NCBI GenBank assembly: GCA_041640635.1
Contig: JBEPZX010000001.1
Span: 32,001-96,000, forward strand
Length of the DNA stretch: 64,000 nt
Reading direction: 5' to 3'
DNA from: Aquificaceae bacterium
GTDB taxonomy: Bacteria; Aquificota; Aquificia; Aquificales; Aquificaceae
Made by a program: the position numbers and the translations under genes. Below the pieces are notes generated by a model. That model had not been told where the DNA came from. It ran no database searches and worked only from the letters and a program-made list of their open reading frames with translations. Of the stretch, positions 29,522 to 37,891 are shown piece after piece. Position 1 is the stretch's first letter. Each line of letters opens with the position of its first letter.

Positions 29522-30600
29522 TTTAAATACCCCACTATAAATTCATCTATGTCCCCGTCTAAAACCGCTTCCACGTTTCCTATCTCTATACCTGTTCTTA
29601 AGTCCTTTACCATCTGGTAAGGCTGGAATACGTAAGATCTTATTTGGTATCCCCACCCAATGTCCGTCTTCTCCCCTTCCAAAGCTTTCTTCTTTTCTTC
29701 GAGTTTTTGAAGCTCCAGTTGATAAAGTTTGGCTTTTAGAAGTTCTAGGGCTTTTAACCTATTTTGCAGTTGTGACCTTTCCTGTTGGCAAGAAACTACT
29801 ATGCCAGTGGGTTTGTGCCTTAGTCTAACCGCCGTATCCGTTTTGTTTACATACTGCCCACCCGCACCGCTGGCTCTAAAGGTTTCCATCTCTATATCCT
29901 CTTCCCTTATCTCTATGTTTATGGATTCGTCTATCTCCGGAACGACGGATACGGATGCAAAGGAAGTGTGCCTTCTGGCGTTGGCATCAAAGGGAGATAT
30001 TCTAACGAGTCTGTGAATTCCGTTTTCACCCTTTAGGTATCCGTAAGCGTAATGTCCCTTTATTCGAATAGTGGCACTCTTTATACCTGCAACGTCGTCG
30101 GGGTTTATGTCTATCAGTTCCACTTCGTAGTCATGCTTTTCCGCCCACCGTGTATACATTCTGAGAAGCATACTCGCCCAGTCGCAGGCTTCTACACCAC
30201 CGGCGCCAGACTGAACTGTCAAGTAAGCGTTTTTTGGATCCATCTCCTCAGACAGGAAGGTTTTAATTTCCAAGTCCTTTATGGGCTCTTCTATACTTTG
30301 GAGTTCTTCGTATAGCATCTGAACTGTTTCCATATCCTCTTCAGGTGTAACTTCTAAGATATCGGCAATATCAGAGAGGCTTTTGTTTATGGATTCAAAC
30401 TCCTTTATGGTTTCTTCGATCCACTTTCTCTTCTGCGTTAATGTTTTTGTTTTTTCTTGGTCCTTCCAGATGTCTCCTTCAGACATAAGATGGTCTATCT
30501 GTTTTAGTTCCCTTTTTAGTGAATCCAGATCTATTGTAGCCTTAATTTCCTCAAACTTATCTCCTAATTCTTGGAATTTTTCTTTTATCTGTGCAAGCAT
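29473..30600 (-). CDS. prfB: Peptide chain release factor 2
   Basis: SPF motif (RISPFD), GAGGQ, QQERSQ. Start placed at ATG 30600 (MLAQIKEKF). Confidence 0.96.
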   Translation of the reverse strand: MLAQIKEKFQELGDKFEEIKATIDLDSLKRELKQIDHLMSEGDIWKDQEKTKTLTQKRKWIEETIKEFESINKSLSDIADILEVTPEEDMETVQMLYEELQSIEEPIKDLEIKTFLSEEMDPKNAYLTVQSGAGGVEACDWASMLLRMYTRWAEKHDYEVELIDINPDDVAGIKSATIRIKGHYAYGYLKGENGIHRLVRISPFDANARRHTSFASVSVVPEIDESINIEIREEDIEMETFRASGAGGQYVNKTDTAVRLRHKPTGIVVSCQQERSQLQNRLKALELLKAKLYQLELQKLEEKKKALEGEKTDIGWGYQIRSYVFQPYQMVKDLRTGIEIGNVEAVLDGDIDEFIVGYLKWRAREKTKKEGATTG

Positions 30601-30726
30601 AAGATTAAAATATAGATCTTGGAAGCTGAAAATAAACACATCAAGGAAAACTATGATTAAAGCGACTATTGCAGGGTATAATAAAATTACAATAGGAAAT
30701 TTTCTAGTTCCCGAGTTCTATTTAGT

Positions 30727-31212
30727 ATGGAACTAAATAAGGAGCTACGACAGATAGATATAAGAGAACTTAGAAAAGAGGATTTACAACAGGTGTATTT
30801 AATCAACAAAGAAAATTTCACAACAGATGCGTGGACTATGGAAGGCTTTGAAAGAGAGCTTTCCTTGGATTACTCTAGATCTTACATAATGGAAATAGAC
30901 AACCAAATAATAGGGTATGCCATAGTCTGGACTGTATATGATGAAGCTAATATAATGACATTTGCTATAAAAAAAGAATTCTGGGGAAAGGGATTAGGGA
31001 AGTATCTTTTAAGCAAGGTTATTCAGGATATTAAGCCTGCTGTAAGTAGAATACTTCTTGACGTGAGAGTTTCAAACATAAGAGCTATAAACTTATACAA
31101 AAGTGCTGGTTTTAAAGTATTAAATGTTAGATACAAATACTATTCCGATGGTGAAAACGCATACCAAATGTGTTTGGAGTTAAAAGATGAAGATAAAGGG
31201 ACGGAAGCTTAA
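30727..31212 (+). CDS. rimI: Ribosomal protein S18 alanine N-acetyltransferase (GNAT)
   Basis: GKGLG acetyl-CoA motif, LDVRVSNIRAINLY...GF, YYSDGENA. Confidence 0.88.
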   Translation: MELNKELRQIDIRELRKEDLQQVYLINKENFTTDAWTMEGFERELSLDYSRSYIMEIDNQIIGYAIVWTVYDEANIMTFAIKKEFWGKGLGKYLLSKVIQDIKPAVSRILLDVRVSNIRAINLYKSAGFKVLNVRYKYYSDGENAYQMCLELKDEDKGTEA

Positions 31213-31711
31213 GAAAGTCATAAGTTCTAAAGATATAAAGAAGCGTTTGAAAGAACTAGCTGCACAGATAGAAAGAGCTCTTGGGAACGACTTTGTTGTT
31301 GTAGGTTTGTTAAAGGGATCCTTTATATTCATGGCGGATCTCGTAAGGGAATTTAAAAAGCCAGTGATTTTGGATTTTATATGGACTTCAAGCTATGGGT
31401 CTTCTATGGAAAGTCAAAGACATGTAAGAGTCTTAAAAGATTTGGAAATGGACATAGAGGGGAAAAATATATTACTAGTAGATGATATTTTGGATACTGG
31501 TTACACTTTAAAGGAAGTTAAAGAGATACTAGAGGTAAAAGGCGCAAAGAGTGTGAGTGTATGTGTGCTTCTTGATAAAAAGGAAAGGCGTGAAGTAGAT
31601 ATAGAAGCTGATTTTGTAGGCTTTGAAGTGCCAAACGTGTTTCTAGTAGGATACGGATTAGATTGGTCGGAAGAAGGGCGGAATTTAAGGGATATTTATT
31701 CAATAGAGTGA
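31187..31711 (+). CDS. hpt: Hypoxanthine phosphoribosyltransferase
   Basis: LKGSFIFMADL, SSYG, LLVDDILDTGYTL, VGYGLD. Confidence 0.95.
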   Translation: MKIKGRKLKKVISSKDIKKRLKELAAQIERALGNDFVVVGLLKGSFIFMADLVREFKKPVILDFIWTSSYGSSMESQRHVRVLKDLEMDIEGKNILLVDDILDTGYTLKEVKEILEVKGAKSVSVCVLLDKKERREVDIEADFVGFEVPNVFLVGYGLDWSEEGRNLRDIYSIE

Positions 31712-31739
31712 TTTTTAAGAAAAATTTTGTTAAATTTGC

Positions 31740-31768
31740 TTGACATGCAATTTTGTGATCTTTAAAAT
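31740..31768 (+). promoter_or_regulatory. Sigma70-type promoter of the HU gene
   Basis: TTGACA (31740-31745), 17-bp spacer, TAAAAT (31763-31768). Confidence 0.8.
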
Positions 31769-31802
31769 ATGTAGTATCAAAATTTTTAAGGAGGGACAAG
31801 CG

Positions 31803-32075
31803 ATGACAAAAGCTGAACTCATTTCTGCAATTGCGAAAAGTGCTGGCTTAACCAAAAAGCAAGCAGATGCAGCTTTTAAAGCTGCGGTAGATGCTGTGGC
31901 AAACTCTATAAAGAAAGGTGAAAGAGTTGCCATTCCAGGTTTTGGTACGTTCTCCGTTAGACAAAGAGCTGCAAGAAAGGGAAGAAATCCGAGAACGGGA
32001 GCTGTAATTGAGATACCAGGCAAGAAAGTTGTAGTTTTCAGACCCGCCAAAAATCTTAGGGAAGGGGTAAAGTAA
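31803..32075 (+). CDS. hup: DNA-binding protein HU
   Basis: MTKAELISAIA, GFGTFSV, RKGRNPRTG. ATG at 31803 after a GGAGGG RBS. Confidence 0.96.
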   Translation: MTKAELISAIAKSAGLTKKQADAAFKAAVDAVANSIKKGERVAIPGFGTFSVRQRAARKGRNPRTGAVIEIPGKKVVVFRPAKNLREGVK

Positions 32076-32082
32076 CATACTT

Positions 32083-32103
32083 AGGGGGGCTTCCCCCCTT
32101 TTT
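32083..32103 (+). terminator. Rho-independent terminator after hup
   Basis: AGGGGGG-CTT-CCCCCCT hairpin followed by a T run. Confidence 0.85.
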
Positions 32104-32104
32104 A

Positions 32105-32800
32105 ATGGATAGGTTTATAGCATCTTATATTAGAAATAATTCCATATATATAGAAGGGGAGGAACTAAAACACCTAAAGGCAAAGAGGATAAGGTCAGGG
32201 GATGAAATTGAGGTTTGGGTAGAAAAGCATATTTATGTATGCAAGGTTGAGTCTTTAGAAAGGGAAAGAGCCCTTTGCTCCATAATTCGCGAAGTAAACT
32301 ACACTGTTCCAAAACCTTATGTTTACGTGTATCAATGTGTTCCAAAAGATCTTAAAGTAATGGATGAAATAGTTGAAAACTTAAGTCAAGTAGGTGCATA
32401 CGCCTTAATTCCGGTCATATCTAATAGGAGCTTTAGAGATTATGATGTGATTCTTAATAAAAGGAGTAGATGGGAAAGAATAGCTTTAGCAAGCCTTAAG
32501 CAATGTATGAGACCGGAGCCTTTAGTTTTGGAAGATCCTATTTTTATAGAGAATTTAGTTCCAAAACACTCTATTAACTTACTTCTCGATAATTTTCATG
32601 CCGGAATTACAATTAAACATTTTTCTTTTGAAAAACACCATGATATTGGTTTGGTTGTAGGTCCTGAGGGGGGTTTTACGCAAAATGAAGTATTAATGTT
32701 AAAAGATAAGGATTTTACTTTGTTAAATATTAAACCCTACATTATAAAATCTAAGTTTGTGGCTTCGTTGTTGGTAGGAATCATAATGAATCTTGCCTAA
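32105..32800 (+). CDS. rsmE: 16S rRNA m3U1498 methyltransferase RsmE
   Basis: HLKAKRI, RWERIALASLKQC.R, VGPEGGF. Confidence 0.88.
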   Translation: MDRFIASYIRNNSIYIEGEELKHLKAKRIRSGDEIEVWVEKHIYVCKVESLERERALCSIIREVNYTVPKPYVYVYQCVPKDLKVMDEIVENLSQVGAYALIPVISNRSFRDYDVILNKRSRWERIALASLKQCMRPEPLVLEDPIFIENLVPKHSINLLLDNFHAGITIKHFSFEKHHDIGLVVGPEGGFTQNEVLMLKDKDFTLLNIKPYIIKSKFVASLLVGIIMNLA

Positions 32801-32801
32801 G

Positions 32802-33425
32802 TTATACCAAAGCCCTATCTATTATCTGACTCAAAAGATTGAGTATTTGACCTTTCTTATTCCTGTAGCTCGCTCTATTGCAAATTAAGTGTGCTGTAGA
32901 TGTGGCGATTTCTTCATAAACTATGAGATTGTTTTCTTTCAGCGTTCTACCAGTTTGCACTAAGTCTACAATACAGTGAGAAAGTCCAATGATTGGTGCA
33001 AGCTCTACTGAACCACTCAAGTATATTATCTTTGTTTTTATACCTCTTTCTGCAAAAAAATCCTTAGTTATTTTTGGGTATTTGGTAGCTACTTTCAGAT
33101 AAGTGCCTTTTGCATATTTTTCGTAGTCCTTTTGCAATCCTGCAACAACTATTTTACAAAAGCCAATTCCTAAGTTGTAAAGCTTATACACATCTGAATC
33201 TTTTTCCATAAGCACATCGTAACCTACTATTCCCAAATCAGCTACTCCATTTTCTACATATACGCTCACGTCTGAAGGTTTTACTAGAAAGAACTCATAA
33301 TTTTTTAATTTTACTGTGAGTTTTCTACCTTCCTCAATGGGCTCTTCTATTATGCCTTTTTGATAGAGTAAGTTTACGCTCTCTGCAAAGAGTCTTCCTT
33401 TGGGTAAAGCTACTCTTAAAAACAT
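32802..33425 (-). CDS. hisG: ATP phosphoribosyltransferase, short form (HisZ-dependent)
   Basis: ALPKGRL, ADLGIVGYD, ATKYP, GSVELAP, DLVQTGRTL; 207 aa with no ACT domain. Confidence 0.95.
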   Translation of the reverse strand: MFLRVALPKGRLFAESVNLLYQKGIIEEPIEEGRKLTVKLKNYEFFLVKPSDVSVYVENGVADLGIVGYDVLMEKDSDVYKLYNLGIGFCKIVVAGLQKDYEKYAKGTYLKVATKYPKITKDFFAERGIKTKIIYLSGSVELAPIIGLSHCIVDLVQTGRTLKENNLIVYEEIATSTAHLICNRASYRNKKGQILNLLSQIIDRALV

Positions 33426-33442
33426 TACTTATAATTTTAAGC

Positions 33443-34417
33443 ATGAGTCAAACTCTAGCAGAAAAATTCTACTTTCTTATGAAGTTAGGAAGGGAGTTAG
33501 AGCTCAGAGCCAAAGAGGAGTATTTGAAAGGAAATATTAGTGGTTTTTTGCATCTGGATATTGGACAGGAAGCTGTAAGCGTGGGAGCTGTTGTAGGCTT
33601 TGGTAAGGGGGACCTGTTTTGTCCATACAGGGAGCACGTTTTGGCTTTGGCAAGGGGAATGGATCCAAAGCTCATAATAGCAGAGCTCTTTGGTAAGTAT
33701 ACGGGGGTATCAAAAGGTAAAGGTGGTTCGATGCACCTTTACGAGCCAAAGTTGGATTTTTACGGTGGGAATGCTATCGTTGGAGCTCATCTTTCTCACG
33801 CTGTTGGTGCAGCTTACGCAAGAAAGTTAAGAAACGAGAAAGCGGGTGTTTTAGTTACATTTGGGGATGGTGCAACAAACGCCGGTAGCTTCTTTGAAGC
33901 TGTAAATTTGGCTGTAGTTTGGAAAGTTCCCGTCCTTTTTCTCTGCATAAATAATTACTACGCCATAGGCACGCGTATTGATAGGGTTTCTGCTTTTAAG
34001 GACACTTACCTTAAGGTAAAGGATTATATGCCCGCTGTTCAAGTGGATGGAATGGACGTTTTTGCCGTATATGAAGCTGTGATTGAAGCCAAAAAGTACC
34101 TTGAAGAGTATGGAAAACCTTACTACATAGAAGCTATAACGTACAGGTTCGAAGGGCACTCAATGGCTGACAAAGGTGATTACAGATCACCAAGGGAATT
34201 GGAGATGTTTAAAAAGAAAGATCCTATCGAGAACTTAAAGAAGGTAGCTTTGGAGAAGGGGTGGTTAACTCAGGAGCAAGTAAACCTAATGGATAGCAAA
34301 ATTGCTCAAATTGTGGAAGAGTCTGTAGAGTTTGCCTTGAGCTCTCCTGAGCCACCACCTGAGGAGCTATACAGGGATATATACTGCGGTAGTGTATGCG
34401 AAGATATAGGAGTATAA
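33443..34417 (+). CDS. pdhA: Pyruvate (2-oxoacid) dehydrogenase E1 alpha
   Basis: GFLHL.IGQEA, GKGGSMH, TPP motif GDGA...NN, YRFEGHSMAD. Confidence 0.9.
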   Translation: MSQTLAEKFYFLMKLGRELELRAKEEYLKGNISGFLHLDIGQEAVSVGAVVGFGKGDLFCPYREHVLALARGMDPKLIIAELFGKYTGVSKGKGGSMHLYEPKLDFYGGNAIVGAHLSHAVGAAYARKLRNEKAGVLVTFGDGATNAGSFFEAVNLAVVWKVPVLFLCINNYYAIGTRIDRVSAFKDTYLKVKDYMPAVQVDGMDVFAVYEAVIEAKKYLEEYGKPYYIEAITYRFEGHSMADKGDYRSPRELEMFKKKDPIENLKKVALEKGWLTQEQVNLMDSKIAQIVEESVEFALSSPEPPPEELYRDIYCGSVCEDIGV

Positions 34418-34420
34418 ATC

Positions 34421-35395
34421 ATGCTTTACAGAGAAGCTTTAAACCTGGCATTGGATCATGCTATGGAATCGGATCCAAGCGTGGTAATTTTGGGGGAAGA
34501 TGTGGGCTTTTATGGGGGTAACTACAAAGTAACGGATGGGCTTTACGCAAAGTATGGGGAGTCAAGGGTTATAGATACTCCTATAGCGGAAAATTCCATC
34601 GTAGGAACGGCGATTGGTATGGCTATGGTGGGGTTACGCCCTGTGGCGGAGATAATGACGGCAAACTTTGCCATGCTAGCTATGGACCAGATAGTAAATA
34701 ACATGGCAAAGCTTAGGTATATGAGCGGTGGAAAGATAAGCCTTCCCATGGTGGTTAGGATGCCACAGGGTGTGGCAAAGCAACTTGCAGCTCAGCATTC
34801 CCAAAGTTTGGAGCATATGTTTGCAAGCGTGCCGGGAATATACGTCTTTTGCGCATCGGATTCCATAACAGCTTACCATGGTTTGTTAAGCGCTATAAGA
34901 TTCGATGACCCTGTTATATTTTTGGAACACGTTGCTTTATATGCCTGGGACTTTCCTTTCGAGTATCTTAAAAATTTCGATCCCTTCAGTGCAAGGATTG
35001 TAAAGGAAGGTAAAGACGTAACCGTTGTTTCTTACCTAAAATCCTTACACGATACGCTAAAGGCTTGCGAACAACTGGAAAAGGAAGGTATATCCTGCGA
35101 AGTGATAGACCTTGTATCTTTGCGTCCCATCGATTTTGAAACCATATACAACTCGGTAAAAAAAACAAAAAGGTTGGTTGTGGTGCATGAAGCTCCAAAA
35201 AGCTTAGGATTAGGTGCGGAAATTAGCGCAAGAATTAGCGAAGAACTCTTCTACTACTTGGATGCACCGCCTTTGAGAGTTTGTGGAGAGGAAGTCCCAA
35301 TACCCTATAACAGGAATCTGGAACTTATGAGTATACCTACGCCTGAGAAAATATACAGAGCTATTTTGGATTGGGGGAAACAAAATGGACTATGA
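34421..35395 (+). CDS. pdhB: Pyruvate (2-oxoacid) dehydrogenase E1 beta
   Basis: GEDV, DTPIAE, AAQHSQ, DPVIFLE, VVHE. Confidence 0.9.
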   Translation: MLYREALNLALDHAMESDPSVVILGEDVGFYGGNYKVTDGLYAKYGESRVIDTPIAENSIVGTAIGMAMVGLRPVAEIMTANFAMLAMDQIVNNMAKLRYMSGGKISLPMVVRMPQGVAKQLAAQHSQSLEHMFASVPGIYVFCASDSITAYHGLLSAIRFDDPVIFLEHVALYAWDFPFEYLKNFDPFSARIVKEGKDVTVVSYLKSLHDTLKACEQLEKEGISCEVIDLVSLRPIDFETIYNSVKKTKRLVVVHEAPKSLGLGAEISARISEELFYYLDAPPLRVCGEEVPIPYNRNLELMSIPTPEKIYRAILDWGKQNGL

Positions 35396-36641
35396 GGTTC
35401 TCATGCCCCAGTTTTCTGATACAATGGAGAGGGGGAAAATAGTAAAGTGGCTAAAAAGAGAAGGGGAGTATGTGGAAAAAGGGGAAACGATAGCAGAAAT
35501 TGAAGCGGAAAAAGCCATAATGGAACTCCAAAGTTTTAGAAGCGGTATTTTGAAGAAAATCCTTCATGGTGAAAATGAAGAGGTAAAAGTAGGTAAAGTG
35601 ATAGCGATAATAGAAATAACTGACAAACCGGTGCAAACAAAGGAGACACCACCTAAGGAAGAGCCTAAAAAAATGCCCGAAGAAAAGCCAAAGGAAACCT
35701 TTGTAAAAGAGGAAAGGAAAGAGTTAAAAGAGGTAAAAAAATCAATGGCTCCTGGTTTTGCCTCACCTTACGCTAAGGTTTTGGCTAAAGAACTTGATTT
35801 GGACATAAGCGAATTTCAAAAGATGGGTAAAATACCATCGCCTGCGCATGCAAAGGACATAGAGAAGTTTTTGACAGAAAGATACTTTACACCAAGGGCT
35901 TTAGAAATCATAAAGGACTACCAGATAGACCCCAAAGATGTAATCTCTTACTTTGGAGAGAGGAAAGTAAACGAAGATATGCTAATTACCTATATAGAAA
36001 ACAATGAAATTCCCAAAAAAATTTCTGTATCTTTCACCCAAAAGACTCTTATAGAGAACTTAACCAAGAGCATACAAAACCCTCAATACCGCATAACGGA
36101 CAAAATTAACGCTTCCTTTATTCCTTACATAGAAGGTATCACCTACACCCACTGGTTTATAAAAATCATAGGCGACTCTATGATGTACTTTGACAGGTTA
36201 AGGGCTAAACTGAAAGGGGATAGTTATCTTATAAGTCCCAATGCAAATGTAGGTGTTGCTGTAGGCATTGGCGAAGAGCTTTACAATGTAGTGATAAAAA
36301 GGGTAAATAAGAAGACACTAAAGGAAATATCGGAGGAGCTTCAAACTTTAAGACAGAAGGCTCAGGAATCGAGACTCTCACCTGAGGATATAAAAGGTGC
36401 TACACTAACCATATCCAACCTTGGTATGTTTGGTATTATGCAATTTGATGCCATTTTGCCTTTTGAACAAGCTTGTATAGTAGCCATAGGCGCCATAGAT
36501 GAAAACAAAACCTTTTACGCTACCTTTACCTTTGACCATAGGATAGTTAACGGTTTAACGGGGGCTTTGTTTGTTAAGCATGTGAAGGAGAGATTTACAG
36601 ACAAGGCTTACTTAAAACTTCTCTCTAAGGGGGCAAAATGA
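35385..36641 (+). CDS. pdhC: Dihydrolipoamide acyltransferase E2
   Basis: One lipoyl domain (EIEAEKA), ASPYA subunit-binding domain, TISNLG, FDHRIVNG. Confidence 0.88.
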   Translation: MDYEVLMPQFSDTMERGKIVKWLKREGEYVEKGETIAEIEAEKAIMELQSFRSGILKKILHGENEEVKVGKVIAIIEITDKPVQTKETPPKEEPKKMPEEKPKETFVKEERKELKEVKKSMAPGFASPYAKVLAKELDLDISEFQKMGKIPSPAHAKDIEKFLTERYFTPRALEIIKDYQIDPKDVISYFGERKVNEDMLITYIENNEIPKKISVSFTQKTLIENLTKSIQNPQYRITDKINASFIPYIEGITYTHWFIKIIGDSMMYFDRLRAKLKGDSYLISPNANVGVAVGIGEELYNVVIKRVNKKTLKEISEELQTLRQKAQESRLSPEDIKGATLTISNLGMFGIMQFDAILPFEQACIVAIGAIDENKTFYATFTFDHRIVNGLTGALFVKHVKERFTDKAYLKLLSKGAK

Positions 36642-37882
36642 AGGAATACGATGTAGTAATAATTGGAGGAGGGCTAGCTTATACGGGTGCTTACCTTTTA
36701 AGAAATGCGGGGCTAAAGGTAGCGGTAGTGGAAAAGGAAGAGAAAAACATAGGTGGGGTTTGTTTAAATAAGGGGTGTGTTCCTACCAAGCTTTACATCA
36801 AGGAAGCAAAAACCTTATACCAAGCCAAGCACTCAAAGGTCGCATCTTTTAACCTTCAGGTAAACTTAAAGAATCTTTATGCTTACAAGGAAGAGCTTAC
36901 AGCCAGACTAAGGCAAGACATACTCAAGATGCTAAAAGGTGTAGATGTATACTTTGGCTACGGTGAATTAATTGAGCCTTACACGGTGAAGGTGGACAAA
37001 GAGATTTTAAAAGCAAAGCACGTGATTATAAACACGGGCAAAAGGCAAGCTGAATCTCAAGAAGGTTTTTTAACATCCGATGACCTTTTGAATCTTCAAG
37101 AAGTGCCCAAATCCTTAAGCCTAAAAGGTAACGATCCTATACTTTACGAATTTGCTTGTATGTTTTCTGTGTTTGGCTCTCAGGTGAGCATTTTCACAGA
37201 AGGCAAAGACTTGGATTTTATGCACCCTAGTATAAAAAGCAGGTTTTTAAAGATGATAAAAGCTTTAGGAGTGAACGAAAAGAAAGAAAGTGAGTTTGAA
37301 AAATCGGAGCTTAATGTGCTTTTTGAAAAGAGAGTTCCAAACTCCGAAGCCGTAAAGCTCCAAGACATACAAAAGGATAAAGAGGGACACATCATAGTAG
37401 ATGAGAATTTTGAGACATCGTTAAAAAATCACTATGCCGTAGGTGATGTAAACGGTCTTTTTGAACTAGCTCACGCTGCGCGTATACAATCCTTAATTGT
37501 AGCCAACAGAATACTAGGCAAAGAAAAACTATTTGTTAATTTTAAAAACATTCCATACGTTTTGTATACTTTGCCCATGTCTTATGCAAAGGTTGGCATC
37601 ACCCATTATGAGCTCAAAAGTAAAGTTATACAATACCAAGAAAAATTGATAAGTTTTAGACCTTACGCCATAGGTAGCATACAAAACACGGAGGATGGTT
37701 TGGTAATTCTTTACTTTGACAAAAGGAACTTTCTAATAGGTGCTGAGGTCCTAAGTGCTATGGCTGAGGAAGTAATTGGCAGTGTTACGTGCATGCTAAA
37801 TGCCGAGTTGGATTTGAAGTTTATTTCCCAAATGGTTTTGCCTCACCCAACGGTGAGTGAGGTTCTTGTGTTGGGTCTATAA
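36638..37882 (+). CDS. Dihydrolipoamide dehydrogenase-like E3 with atypical NAD-binding loop
   Basis: IIGGG, redox disulfide GGVCLNKGCVP, AVGD, HPTVSE; last gene of the pdh operon. Confidence 0.8.
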   Translation: MKEYDVVIIGGGLAYTGAYLLRNAGLKVAVVEKEEKNIGGVCLNKGCVPTKLYIKEAKTLYQAKHSKVASFNLQVNLKNLYAYKEELTARLRQDILKMLKGVDVYFGYGELIEPYTVKVDKEILKAKHVIINTGKRQAESQEGFLTSDDLLNLQEVPKSLSLKGNDPILYEFACMFSVFGSQVSIFTEGKDLDFMHPSIKSRFLKMIKALGVNEKKESEFEKSELNVLFEKRVPNSEAVKLQDIQKDKEGHIIVDENFETSLKNHYAVGDVNGLFELAHAARIQSLIVANRILGKEKLFVNFKNIPYVLYTLPMSYAKVGITHYELKSKVIQYQEKLISFRPYAIGSIQNTEDGLVILYFDKRNFLIGAEVLSAMAEEVIGSVTCMLNAELDLKFISQMVLPHPTVSEVLVLGL

Positions 37883-37891
37883 TTTTTTGAC

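Noticed and set aside
30601..30726. Hydrophobic in-frame extension upstream of prfB (…[22 protein letters not shown]…), superficially SecE-like
   Set aside because: No start codon ahead of the hydrophobic stretch after the upstream stop; probably a by-product of the A-rich opposite strand in a promoter region.
31730..32078. Minus-strand ORFs over hup, and the other short antisense ORFs in the track
   Set aside because: They lie opposite well-supported genes and show no protein motifs.
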